The notes: a model not told the origin generated them from the letters alone. 64,000 nucleotides of DNA from Octopus vulgaris (GCA_951406725.2 OX597814.1:79732001-79796000); one strand, 5' to 3'. Shown: positions 13,249 through 26,984, numbered from the stretch's first letter. Numbers and translations: made by a program.

Positions 13249-15533
13249 CCGCACACACACACACATACATACATACACACACATACCCACTTCAGACATA
13301 CACACACACAGACATACACCCATACACCCACACTCACACGCATACACACACACACATACACACGCACACGTACACATACACACACACACACACCCACATA
13401 CATACATTACACTTGTATACACACACACTTACATTCATACACACACACACCTACACAGCCATACCCTCACTCAGACACACACATCTACCTACACACACAC
13501 AAACACACACTGACACACACCCATACATACATACATCTACACACTCACGCCTACACACATACATACACACATACATAAACACACACACATACACATACAC
13601 ACACATACGCACACACGCATATACTTATACACATGCACACACACACACATACATACATACACCCATATACATACACACACACATACCTACATACTCCTAT
13701 ACGCACATACATACACACAGACATACACACATACACACTCACACAAACATACACACACACATACTTACACACACACTCACCTGCACGCGCACACACATGC
13801 ATGACAAACACTCATACACTCACACTCACATACGCACACACCAACATAAACACGCACACGCACACACACACCTACACTCCCACACACATACACACGCACC
13901 TACATACACACACGCACGCATACACACGCATACACACATACATTACACACGTACACACACACCTACATACACATGCATACACACACACACACAAACATGC
14001 ACGGACACACCCAGACATACATACATACACCTATATACACACGCCTACACACCTACATACACACACATATACACACGCCCACACAGCTACATACACACAC
14101 ATACATACACACATACACGGACACACCCATACATACTTACATACATACACCTATACACACACGCCTACACACCTACACACACACATGCACACACACACAC
14201 ATGTACGCACATACACACACATATACGCACACACATATATACCCACACACATGCACACACACACACATACGCACATACATGCACGCATGCACACGCGCAC
14301 ACCTACACGCATACACACACACACACGCACGTACACATACATACATACACACACGCATACATACACCCATACACATACATGCATCCTACACACACATACA
14401 TACACACTCACACATACATACACACACACGCACTCACTCACACACCTGTATGTTCGCGCACACACATGCACATACACACACTTCCCCACACCCACACGTA
14501 CATACATACACACTCATACACACATACACACACACACACACACACGGACATACATCTATGCACACACATATATACACACATACTCACATACATTCATCGG
14601 ACACACTGCCACCCAGACATACACACAGACACACTCACACATCCACACGCACACATACGTACGCGCACACTCGCAGGCTCGCGCACACACGCGTTTGCGC
14701 CGGTTCGCGCACGCATGCGCCCGCATGCACCTCGCCCTTGGACCCGACGAGACCTCCCGCCCGTTCCTGGGATGTCGCTTGTCGTTGGGTTTTCCCACGC
14801 CCGTCTCCGCGGGACCACTCTTCCATCTTCCCCTCCGCTGGAGTCCTTTTCCTAAACCCCCCCCCCCTTTTTTTCGTTACACACACGCGCACACATATAC
14901 ACACATTGCTTAAACATATACATCACTCTTACACACATTCAATCTACTCGCCACTAATACTACCACGACACTGGACACACACACACACTACTACTCAACA
15001 CACGCTGGCACGCTACATACGCCCCCACCCCTTCCCCTCCCTCCCTTCCTCCTTCCTCCCTTTTCTCACTACTGACCTTTGTCTGCTATGCTGCTGCTAT
15101 GCTGACCACCGTCTCGCCCTACCTCACACGCCTACACACAGACGCACACACTAACACATACATATATTTTTTGTTTTTTTACCTCGCCTCACACACACAC
15201 ATACACACACGCACACGCACACACTCACACATACACACACATCTGTTGCGTTACCTACCTTGTCTCCACTCTTTTGCCTTTAAAAACCCACTTTGCTCTT
15301 GTTATCGTAAACATCCGCCTTTCACCATGTGCTACTCCTAACACCAGCCGTTTTTTTCTCTATCTCCGTTGCCCTCTCCGGGATCTTTCTTTCCTCTCTC
15401 TTCCTTCTTTATGTTTCCGACGAAGAGCTCCGCTCGAAACGTCATACCTCCCTGCTTCCATTTCCTGAGCGCCTATTAATAATAATACTGTAATTGTTCC
15501 ATTGTTGTTGTTTTTTTGTTTCCCGTTTGGATT

Positions 15534-15538
<5 letters not shown>
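13018..15538 (+). mobile_element. Long PLE-derived element (family P1) in (TA)n: A-depleted 5' segment, ~1.5 kb degenerate (CA)/(CATA) tract, 3' terminal repeat with hammerhead
   Basis: (TA)n on both flanks; 3' ~200 bp homologous to 6294-6494; CCGACGA(15417-15423)-AGAGCTCCGCTC-GAAACGTC. Confidence 0.7.
13161..14670. repeat. Cryptic (CA)n/(CATA)n low-complexity tract
   Basis: About 1.5 kb almost entirely CA/TA/CG dinucleotides. Confidence 0.95.
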
Positions 15539-15605
<67 letters not shown>

Positions 15606-15685
15606 TGTAAGTTTTCTCATGTTGACACGACGTAAACAAGACCGTCAAGAGCAACAGCAACAAGAACAACAATAACGACAACAGC

Positions 15686-15722
<37 letters not shown>

Positions 15723-16226
15723 GCAGCAGCAGCAGCGGCAGCAGTTATAAAACAATACTTCTGCAGTGTCACGTTTGATAAATAAGATACAACTGTTTTA
15801 TTAGTTGGGACACAAAATGTATCTCAATGAATTTTCTATTCCGAGATTTTGCATCTATTTTGAGTCCTTTTACTTCACAAAATATAGATATAGAAATAAA
15901 GTCATAGCAATGCTTATTGAAACAGTAAAGAAATGAACTCAAAGAAAAGCATATCTAAATTTAGTGTTGGATGCGTGTGATGCTAAGAAATGTCTAACAA
16001 GTATAATTCTAAAGATAGCTAGGATGACAGAGAGACATAAATAGAGATTGATGGAGAGACGGTAGGGAAGTTTTGAAGATAATGTTAGGAAAACTGCTTT
16101 TGCGATGTAACATTACATATTCTTCCTTTCTTTCTTTCCTTCTGTCTTTCTTCCTTTCTTTCTTTCCTTCTTTCTTTCTTTCATTCTATCTATCTAGCTA
16201 TATGTACATATATGCTTACATGTGTG

Positions 16227-16326
16227 NNNNNNNNNNNNNNNNNNNNNNNNNNNNNNNNNNNNNNNNNNNNNNNNNNNNNNNNNNNNNNNNNNNNNNNNNN
16301 NNNNNNNNNNNNNNNNNNNNNNNNNN
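16227..16326. other. Assembly gap (100 N)
   Basis: Run of N. Confidence 1.
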
Positions 16327-16407
16327 CATTTGTGTACTTGGGTTGATCTAATCAACAGGCCCCCTCCCCCAAAATTTCGGGCATTGTGTCTAGAGTAGAT
16401 AAGAATA

Positions 16408-16472
<65 letters not shown>

Positions 16473-16498
16473 GCTGCAGTTGCATAGATTGTGGTATC

Positions 16499-16586
<88 letters not shown>

Positions 16587-16640
16587 CGTCGGTGTATACG
16601 TCTATTATTGTATGTTAGTGCATGTACTTGTTATTATATA

Positions 16641-16792
16641 TACTCTTTTCTACTCTAGACACAAGGCCTGAAATTTTAGAGGAGGGGGCCAGTCGATTAA
16701 ATCGACCCAAATGCGTAACTGGTACTTAGTTTATCGACCCTCGAAAGGATGAAAGGCAAAGTTGACCTCGGCGGAATTTGAACTCAGAACGT
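16641..16792 (-). mobile_element. tRNA-derived SINE family A, 5' truncated
   Basis: revcomp of TTCTGAGTTCAAATTCCGCCGAGGTCAACTTTGCCTTTCATCCTTTCGAGGGTCGATAAACTAAGTACCAG. Confidence 0.85.
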
Positions 16793-17670
16793 GTAACTAT
16801 ATATGTTGATATATCTGTCAATTTATACGTCAATTAATATACGTCGGTGTACTACCAGTACCCGTAGAAAATCCGCGGCCCATCTTGTGGTATAGTGTCA
16901 GCCATAAACATTTCAGGCCTCGGTAATAATAATCTATTGTTTCCTTCATAATCTTTTGATTAATTTCCTAGAAATCTTGTCCATTGTTTTCGGTCATGCT
17001 TTCGTCTATTTTCCCATTGTCGCTGGTACAAAATATTCTTGCCTATTATAATCGTCCATATTTTGCTTCATTTCTTCATTAACAATTCTCATCCTTATTA
17101 GATTCAGTTTCGTAGTTCGTCATATGACATCTCATTGCTCCATTTCTTGTCTGAATTTCATTCTTTCTTCCTGAGTTAACTTCTCTTCTCGTTCTTGATT
17201 CGCTTCATTTTATTCTTAATTCTTATTTCTTCTCTTCGCCTGTCTTTCAATCTTTTCCTGTATCTTCTACGTGCCTCTCTTGATTCAATTTTTGCTGTCG
17301 TGTTCTATAATCATTATCCGCCGTAACACACCTCACTCCGTTCCGGTAATAAAATAAATTCAAAAGCACTTGCTGTTATATTGTTGGTAACACCCGTATC
17401 CAGTAAAGTTGCACATCTTTTATGAAGAAAGCTAAGAACATGGTTATTAACATAGTAGTTCGATAAATTCCGTATCTACGTGCACACATACACAAGCACA
17501 GTAACAGCGTGCGCACACATGCACAGCCAACATTTGCTCACATGCACACACTCGCATACAGATAATTGCAATCTGTCTGTGAGGACCAAAAGCATTCGCA
17601 TTTGTGTGTATGTTCTCGTAGCATTCTTTTGAATGTCTCTGTCTGTCTGTCTCTTTTTCTTTCTTTCGCT

Positions 17671-17705
<35 letters not shown>

Positions 17706-18520
17706 CTTCCCTTCCTCTCTCTGGTGCTCGCGCACACACTTTTATCATGACCTTTCTGTAGTGTGACAGATATTTTACACAACAGAAATCTATCGCTAGC
17801 ACTTTAATGTAAAAGATAAATTCAACTTATTCCATAGAAGCAACTCTAGATTAAAATCCTTACCTATATAACATCATGTATGTAAATAGCTAAAATGAAG
17901 TCAGAAGCAGCAGTGGTTGGTTCATTCGGAAAAGATTCCTTTTCTAGAATATTAAAAACACAATATACTTAAGAGATAAGCGTGAAGCAACGGCGTAAGT
18001 GGCAGATGCACGTTTCACCGCTTTTTTGCAGTTTTGCAGTGCTATGCACTCGGGTTACTTCCGACATAAAATCATCCTAGCCAATCTGCAGTATATAGAA
18101 ACAGTGAACGAAGAAGTCATTTGCTTTGCAAAGAGTCCGCTAGGTTCAATAAAATTCAAATAATGCAACAGGAGCTGTTTAAGATTTAAATCGTTATCTA
18201 TGACTTAATGTATGTAAATCATTGACAAGTCAGAGGCTACAGTGGTCGTCTTAGAAAAGGTCCCTTTATAGATATGGGCGAATTCGTGTCTTAAGTAACC
18301 CGAATGCGTAGCAGTGACAAGCCGAAAAATTGCGAAATGCGCATGCCATTCTCGCGGACGCTCACGGGATGATACGGTATCCTCTATTTCTGAAGTATTT
18401 TGTGTTTTCAATATCCAACATCTATAAAGAAATATTTTTCGAGATGACCAGTGCAACCCCTGACTTTTTAACGATAAAGATACGCTAAATATGACATAGA
18501 TTTTAATCAAGAGCTATATC

Positions 18521-18668
18521 TATTTCTTTACTACCCACAAGGGGTTAAACACAGAGGGGACAAACAAGGACAGACATAGGTATTAAGTCGATTACATCGA
18601 CCCCAGTGCGTAACTGGTACTTAATTTATCGACCCCGAAAGGATGAAAGGCAAAGTCGACCTCGGCGG
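18521..18668 (-). mobile_element. SINE family A, 5' truncated, with 12-bp target-site duplication
   Basis: Family A core GCCTTTCATCCTTTCGGGGTCGATAAATTAAGTACCAG (revcomp); AAGAGCTATATC at 18509-18520 and 18669-18680. Confidence 0.9.
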
Positions 18669-18683
18669 AAGAGCTATATCAAT

Positions 18684-19071
18684 TCTCTTGTACTTGTTTC
18701 AGACATTTGACTGCGGCCATGCTGGAGCACCGCCTTTAGTCGAGCAAATCGACCCCGGGACTTATTCTCTGTAAGCCCAGTACTTATTCTATCGGTCTCT
18801 TTTGCCGAACCGCTAAGTGACGGGGACGTAAACACACCAGCATCAGTTGTCAAGCAATGCTAGGGGCACAAACACAGACACACAAGCACACACACACATA
18901 CATATATACGACGGGCTTCTTTCAGTTTCCGTCTACCAAATCCACTCATAAGGCATTGTTCGGCCCGGGGCTATAGCAGAAGACACTTGCCCAAGATGCC
19001 ACGCAGTGGGACTGAACCCGGAACCATGTGGTTGGTTAGCAAGCTACTTACCACACAGCCACTCCTGCGCC
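18684..19071 (-). mobile_element. tRNA-derived SINE family B, full length
   Basis: Head GGCGCAGGAGTGGCTGTGTGG..GGGTTCAGTCCC, internal (TA)/(TG) tract, tail GGCCGCAGTCAAATGTCTGAAACAAGT. Confidence 0.92.
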
Positions 19072-19819
19072 TTGTATAATTTGAATCCTAATTGTCTCCA
19101 CTGTTTCTATACACCTCAGAATAACCGAGATACTTTATGTGGGAAGTGACCAACAAACTGCGAAAACTCCAAGATTCATAACTGGTATTCTCGTGGTTGC
19201 TTCCTGGCTGATGTAGTTTCGTCTAACCTTGAAGTGTATAGTGTTTTTAGCACACTCCATCTGTAACACTGCCGCCCCTTGCTTCTCAACGACATACATA
19301 CTTTAAAGATGTTACATAGATAAAGATTATGATAGATCTGAGTTGTGAGTTTATTAATGCAATATACACACACATACACACACACACTCCACTGTGTATG
19401 TTTATTAATATCTATTTTACTTGGTGTATGTGATTGTGTGTATATCCATTAATATATGTTAATATATGCATTATTTGTTGTATTGGTGTATGCGTATGTA
19501 TGCGCGCGCATGTAATGGTGTTTGCCTTAATGTATTTTTCTTCTTCATTAGCCACAAGTCAACCGTGAACGAGCAGATCTATTATCAAAAATATTCCAGC
19601 TGTAGCCGTTCCGTCATTCTAGTTTCTAGGAGTACATTTACGAATGTGCCCTTCCCTTTTGTAGGACAGTCAGTTAGGGTTTGAAGGATAATTGGTAAAT
19701 TTCTGCAGCAGGTCGTGCAGCCATCTAGGGGTTTTCTTGGACGTTCGATGCATTTTAGGAATCCCTGATTAGTTTATTACATTCACGTGTATATACATAT
19801 AAATATATGTATGTATATG

Positions 19820-19901
<82 letters not shown>

Positions 19902-19984
19902 AATATGTATACAGATGCATATGTACATATGTCTGTACTAATGTACGTACATATATACATATATACATATATATATTTTTTATT

Positions 19985-20180
19985 GTTTTGCTTGCTTCAA
20001 ACATTTGACTGCGGCCACGCTGGAGCACCGCCTTGAATGACTTTAGTCGAACAAATCCACCCTAAGGCATTTCTTAAGCCTAGTACTTATTGTGTGTGCC
20101 GAAACGCTAAGTTACGGGGACGTAAACACACTAACACCGGTTGTCAAGCGGTGACGAGGGAACAAAGACAGACAGACAGA
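19985..20180 (-). mobile_element. SINE family B 3' half
   Basis: TTTGACTGCGGCCACGCTGGAGCACCGCC..GGGGACGTAAACACAC. Confidence 0.8.
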
Positions 20181-20239
20181 CGCATGTATATATATTAAGT
20201 CATGTTTTGACCTCTATTGCTATGCTTGCATCACCAGAC

Positions 20240-20311
<72 letters not shown>

Positions 20312-20375
20312 CAGAGATGTACTTGCAATGCAAGTGACCTGATCTGAAATCGTGTGCTGGAACGAAAACAATTGC

Positions 20376-20541
20376 ATTTAAGAAACACACAAAAGTCGTT
20401 AGATTCACTTCAACATTTAAATTTAATTTGTCAAAGAATTTTGTCAGTGAACAGGTCGCGGCCTCAAAGCGACGAAAATATTTTGACAAATTAAGTTTAA
20501 ATGTTGAAGCGAATCTAACGGTTTTTGTGTTTTCTTAAATG
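20376..20541. repeat. Foldback element (~70-bp inverted arms) between (TA)n tracts, PLE-end-like
   Basis: CATTTAAGAAACACACAAAAGTCGTTAGATTCACTTCAACATTTAAA.. mirrored by ..TTTAAATGTTGAAGCGAATCTAACGGTTTTTGTGTTTTCTTAAATG. Confidence 0.8.
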
Positions 20542-20569
20542 GCTTATAAACACCTTCCACACTGCAATT

Positions 20570-20629
<60 letters not shown>

Positions 20630-20699
20630 TATTTTATTTCAGTTCTTGTTAAGAAGGTTCAAACTGGTCACTAACAAAACCACAAGACGTTTTCAGTCA

Positions 20700-21670
20700 A
20701 GAGAATTTCCAGTGTTTGTAAATATGTGGTTGAGTTGGGGTTTTGATTGAGATGTCGATGCGCACAATCAAGATGGAGAATGTCATACAAATAATGTACG
20801 TATTATGTGTAATAATGTCAATAACTTTCATATGGATTGGCACACTGAATGCGATGCAAGCCTTTCCTTCAGAAATTGGATCAGCATCTTTGTGATTTGC
20901 CGGTGGAAGATTAAGTAGGAGAGATCTAAATTTGATTCAGGATCTGAAATTGTTGCTAACGAATAACAGATAAATCTAAAAAGGCCTAACTCTTTCTAAT
21001 TTTATGATTTTACTTGAAATGTTGCCAACAGAAATTAGAGTAATATTTCATAAAAACCGACAATTGGTTAATCAGCCAATCAGTCTTCGAATATATTTGC
21101 CGAAATTATTCAGATATTCGCTTAGGGATAATTATCATTTAAAAATTTAGTGTCATTCGACATCTTCGGTTGTCTGTAAGGCAAATAGTTGCTTTGAAAA
21201 TGCAGTTAGATTTGCACGTACAATTCACACTTATAAAACGTCCCATATATCCAAACTAACAGATTTTGTTCCAGGATACAACTGATGCTCAGAGATGCAT
21301 CATCACAGATGTTTTGGTGTGTTAAAGGGTTTCAGCTCTTTCAACATCACATCTCTTTGCTCCGTTGATCCGACCAGGCTTCATCAAGTCCCACATTGTA
21401 TCCCAGCAACAGCAACAACAGCAGCAACTGCAGCATATCACTGCTCTGCCCTCTTTATTCAAATTCACCTGGTGGCCTTCTTTGAGCCTTGGTGATGGAA
21501 TTTATGTCCCCCCCCCCCCCATTTGCTGTACAAATAACTCCAAGTTTAAATGAGAGCATTGCAGAATGATTACAGTAATAGTTAAAAACTATTTAACTGA
21601 AAAAAAACCCAGTGAAATGATGATGGTGAACTTTCTCTACGGTGAATTGATGACGGTGAACTTACCAGAC
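20700..21670 (-). mobile_element. Possible decayed Mutator-like (MULE) transposase remnant
   Basis: Minus-strand VWIYGTFYKC (DGTF-like) and CWQHF..RK..LGL (CxxH-like) fragments; 15-bp tandem GGTGAA repeats at 21612-21665. Confidence 0.35.
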
Positions 21671-21954
21671 ATGCTACACAATAAGCACCCCACAAACCTC
21701 GCCCCACAAAACCATTTCATTTGCCTCGCAACTTACCTGCTACCCCAGGTTTCTACACTGTTCTACCAGCTATATTTGGCAAGCTTCTTCTCATAAGGCT
21801 TCCAAGACAGAGTCCATTCCCAGAAATCATTAATTTCCCCTATATTTGGTAAACAACTTCTGCGTCACATTCTCCTGATCCTTTTAACAGCAGGACCTAG
21901 AATGAATGGTCAGCTGACCGAACAATCTGAAATCAGCTGCCGAAGACATTATTT

Positions 21955-22223
21955 CTATGTTCCGATCAAGGAAACAGCCTCCTCATGAAATTAACATGTA
22001 AGTGGGTGAGGACTCCACAAACATGTACCTTTAATAGTTCTAAGGGAGACTCAGTATGATACAGAGTGTGACAAGGCTGGCCCTTTCAAATAGAGGTATT
22101 ACACGTTTTTACCAGCTTAGTGGGCTGGAGCAATGTAAAATAAAGTGTCTTGCTCAAGGACACAACGCGTCGCCTGGAACTGAACTCACGACCTTACGAT
22201 CGTAAGCCGAATACACGCACCTT
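21955..22223 (-). mobile_element. tRNA-derived SINE family D
   Basis: revcomp GTGAGTTCAGTTCCAGGCGACGCGTTGTGTCCTTGAGCAAGACACTTTATTT; homologous to 37697-38010. Confidence 0.85.
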
Positions 22224-23070
22224 CACACGTTCTCTTGATTATTTTGTAGATAAACTAAAATCGTTATAGTTTTAGCGTTCACTTTTCTATGCTTGTATGG
22301 GTCAGACGTAGTTTATTTAGGCAGATTATCTACGGCCAGATCTGCTTCTTGTCGCAAAACCTCACCTATAAATAAGGATAAGATCGTTATTTAAAATACC
22401 GATCATATCAAGTGGCTAGCATGGGAATAAAAACCTCACAGGTAATAATTATTATTAAAATTATAATTAAGGGTATCTAAAAGATACCAACATGCTAGAT
22501 ATAGCAGTCAAAATTTGACTCTAAAACCACAACGAATATTCATTCAGTACCAAGAGAGAAGACAAAGAGACAAAATAAACTGTCATATATATATATATGA
22601 TAGACATAGATTGATAGATAGACGAAGAAAGCGACTGACAGACAGGCAGACTGACAGAGAAGCAGACAGACAGACAGACAGATAGATAGATATATAAACG
22701 ATTATGTATGTACATATACATTTTTGGGTATATAAAGGCGTGTGTATGTGCGTTGAGTGTATGCGTGGTGTGCGCGCGCGCGCGTGTGTGTGTGTGCACA
22801 TATGTGTGTATGGTTTGGCATTTGAGAATCCTCCAACAAAAACAGGTCAAAAGGCATGTTATGTACACGACAACCAGGTTTCTTTTAACTGTTTAATTCC
22901 CCATAGCACCATTTCTCTCCTGTAAAATGCATAACGTTACTCTATGTCAGACATTGATTGGCACATGTTATGCTCCGGTGATTATGGGAGATAACTATCA
23001 TTCAATGGTTTTAAATATTTGCCACATGTACATTTTTTATGGAGGCATGTACACATGTATATGATATGTG

Positions 23071-23108
<38 letters not shown>

Positions 23109-24306
23109 TATACATATATATATACATATATATATGTATATATATATATACATACGCATATATATGTATACGTATACATACACACACATATACATACATA
23201 TATATATATGTGTATGTACGTACATATGTTTTTGTATGTGTGTATCTATATATATATGTTTACACAGTTATTAACACTGTACGTAGATACATACACACCT
23301 ATTCACATATGAATATATACATATATATCTATATTTTTATTTCGGAAGGGTTATGTTACCAATACCAAATAGACGCAGTGGTTAAATTACAGCTCCTTAT
23401 TATTCATCAGTGGATTAGCTAGTTAACCAACGAACTTTCCGATTGTGTGATTAATGAATCAGTTGTGTTTGAGAAACTCCTTTCGTCACCATTCGCAATC
23501 TCGTCAATGACAAGTCCTCACTTCACTAATTCACGATTAACTAGAAGTGAAACAAAACCAGTGCCTATGTTTATCATTGGCATAATGATCTTCCCGAGAT
23601 ACAACAAAATGTATTTCAACATACGTGTACACATCAAAAATCTTGCAAATAAAATATGCAAGCGAAATATACACATATATATTTTTTTTATATATTTAAA
23701 ATGTATAACCATATTTACATATAAGCAAATTCAAACACAATTATAATTCCGTCTATCGCTTGTAATTTTCTCCTATTCAATCCGCGTAGTTGTTGTTGTT
23801 TGATCTTAGATCAGCCGTGATACAGCAGGCATTTGGTAAAAGTATTCCTCCTGTGAGCATCCAGCCTGTTTTTCTTATCTAACATATTTGAATTTTGGAC
23901 AAAGTTTATGTAACGTGTACTTCTACATTAATAACGCTACTGAATGATTTGAGAGGAAGCCGTCTGCTTACTTCTGTAACATCTAGCAACCAAATGTTTT
24001 ATTCTTGGTGCGTTATGTTTTGTTATTTGTGATTGTGTTTTGCCTTTTTGTTGAAAAAAGTTTTACGTAAAATAGAAAGCAGCTTTGTGTAAGAATCCGT
24101 AGTACTTTTAGCTACATCAAGACCTCTTCACTGACAAGGGGAGAAAAAATATAGACACAAACCGTTTAATAATGCTTGAGCTTATATGTATAGAAGTTTT
24201 AAACTTGAATAGACCTATTGTGTACAGCAGTTGAGATTTGTTTCGCTTTCCGAATTATGTAGTCTAGGTGAAGAAAATTAAGACGTAGGATAAGATAATG
24301 ATAGCG

Positions 24307-24376
<70 letters not shown>

Positions 24377-24529
24377 GTTTGGAGTAGAAGAAGGGAAGAT
24401 GATGCAGAAGAAGAAAAGAAATAGAATAAGAATTTATAAATAATAATTATAACAACAACAATAAAAGTAGTAACAATTATAATAATTTCTTAAATTTTTT
24501 GTTCGTTTTTTTATCATCCACCGAATACC

Positions 24530-24563
24530 CTCAATAATAATAATGGTAATAATAATAATAATA

Positions 24564-24627
<64 letters not shown>

Positions 24628-24695
24628 GAAGAAGAAGAAGAAGAAGAAGAAAAAGAAGATGAAGAAGAAGAGGAGGAGGAGGAGGAGGAGGGGAG
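24530..24695. repeat. (AAT)n-(GAA)n-(GAG)n compound microsatellite
   Basis: Direct inspection. Confidence 0.95.
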
Positions 24696-24910
24696 AGGTT
24701 TTGGCAGTGGTTGGTTGTGGTGGGAGGGGGACAGGGGGATTAATGGGAAGCATGGGCGTGGAAGTGGAGGCGTGTTGTGGCAAGGTGTGTGCTGTGAGGT
24801 GAATAGAGATGGGTGTGATGGAAGTATTAAAGCGCTTGATAGCGCATTGAATTAGTTTGAGAAGACTACAGAGAGCAAAAGAGCTTGCAACAAAAGTAGT
24901 TGCTGGCAAT

Positions 24911-25084
24911 GAAGAAGATGAGGAGGAGGAGGAAAGGAGAAAAGAAAGGAAAAGAAGAAGGAGGAGGAGGAGGAGGAGGAGAAGAAGAAGAAGAAGAAGA
25001 AGAAGAAGAAGAAGAAGAAGAAGAAGAAGAAGAAGAAGAAGAAGAAGAAGAAGAAGAAGAAGAAGAAGAAGAAGAGGAGGAGGG
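24911..25084. repeat. Polypurine (GGA)n/(GAA)n tract
   Basis: About 170 nt nearly pure purine; triplex-capable in principle. Confidence 0.95.
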
Positions 25085-25222
25085 AACGTCTTTATGGATT
25101 TTCCACACTTAGGTGAAATGCTTAGAGAAAGTGAAGAGCAACTTTCAGTCTTTTAGCACACGAAGCCTTTAAGAGTAAAAGTATAGCAACCTTGCTTCAG
25201 ACGAGCGACGACTGACACACAC

Positions 25223-25295
<73 letters not shown>

Positions 25296-25444
25296 CATAC
25301 ACATACACTCATACATACATACACGCACACAGACACACAAGCAAACATATATTTATGTATATATATGAAAATATATATGTATGTATATGCATATGTAATA
25401 TATATTTACATATGTATATGTAGGTGCACACACACACACACACA

Positions 25445-25485
<41 letters not shown>

Positions 25486-26394
25486 GTACATTTCATACAT
25501 AAAGATAATGATTGTGGAATCACATTACAAAGCGGGAAAAATAATACGTCGTCTGCTGGTTGTTGTATTTGTTAGCTCGGCGCATCTCAACAACTGTGAT
25601 AGATAACACTCAAACACAGACATACACACGCACGCACACACACACACACACACATACATGCACACAGACATGCGAACATGTGCATACACACACACACGCA
25701 CACACACACACAAACGTAGACAACTTTCGGTCTTTTAGTAGGTGAAGCCTTTAAGATTTGGAGAAACGCTTAAATTGTGATTAATACTGCTGTAAAATAG
25801 TTTAGGGTAGTAAGCAAAACTAGTAGAATAAATATACAAACAGAAGAATAATGAATTGCTAAGATATTCAGTGAAGGAGTCGCATTACAAAGTAAGAAAA
25901 AAAAATGTCTTTTATCGGTTAATGTTTGTTTGTCGGCACAGCTAACACAAGTGAGATATTAATTGGATGTTTAATACTGAATATTTATGCTACTTCCTGT
26001 GTATATATTAAAAGCGGGAAATGCACCAACTAAATAATAATAATATTTAATGAATAGCTAAGCATTAAAAAAAATACAAATATATTTGCCTGTTTCTTTC
26101 CGTTGGTGTTAATAATGCATGCAAAGAAACACTGGCGACTGTAATGTATGTACCTTTTGTGCCTAGCAAAACGGAATGAACAATGGTTGTTTAAATAAAT
26201 TATCTATTTCATTTCTGAGTCCACGTGTACTTATCGGTTGAATTATATTTTCGTCACATCCTTTTCGAGTTAGTTTAATCGATTGCATGGAGGAGTGCGA
26301 ATTGCAGGTCGGTAGATCGTTTCCTTTCAACCAGGCTAACTGTGCTAAGATCCAAGACATTTAAATAGCGAATAGGTCAGTAGCTTTTATCTTT

Positions 26395-26580
26395 TATACT
26401 TTTTCCTTGTTTCAGTCATTGGTCTGCGGTCATGTCGGAGCAACGCCTTAAGGATTTAGTCGAGCGAATCTATCACAGTACTTGCTTTTTGTCCAGTACT
26501 TATTTTCTTGGCTACTTTTGCCGAACTTCTAAGTTACAGGGACGTAAACAAACCAACATCGGTTTGTGAGGAACAAACAA
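26395..26580 (-). mobile_element. SINE family B 3' half, decayed
   Basis: CTTGTTTCAGTCATTGGTCTGCGGTCATG..GGGACGTAAACAAACC. Confidence 0.75.
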
Positions 26581-26984
26581 ACCACAAATATAAAAACACC
26601 GACGTACACATGTATATACATAAGTGTGTATACATACACACACACACATATCCAGATAGAGTGGTACGATCAAAAGCGATCTTGGTACGAGAAGTCTCTT
26701 AGCCGCAAGCATGTACCCATCTTGTATAGATAACACAAAGTAGATAATACATGATCAAAAAAGTCTACATTTAGTACTATATAAAATTCGAAGGTGATTC
26801 CGATAAGATGAAGGCCTTAATGCAATTCTAATGTTGGTGAAGATGACGAAAAATACAAGTACCCCAAAAAAAGAGAACTTAATATATATGTAGTAACTTA
26901 AATTTTATAACTTCTGGTCGGCTTTCCTTAGAAACATATGTGGTACGTATTTACATATTCCATTTCCTACATCCAATGATATAA

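Noticed and set aside
13092-14855. 587-aa His/Thr-rich ORF and overlapping 426- and 393-aa ORFs
   Set aside because: Open in all three frames only because CA/TA repeats lack stop codons; no domain content.
16900-17340. Purine-rich minus-strand stretch resembling a coiled-coil ORF1/gag
   Set aside because: Multiple stops and no diagnostic motif; cannot be assigned.
18000-18380. CpG-richer segment with CCAAT, ACTTCCG and TGCGCATGC motifs
   Set aside because: Scattered short motifs expected by chance or from a TE remnant; no coherent architecture.
21612-21665. CRISPR-like spaced repeats (GGTGAA every 15 bp)
   Set aside because: Eukaryotic context and period too short; more like transposon subterminal repeats.
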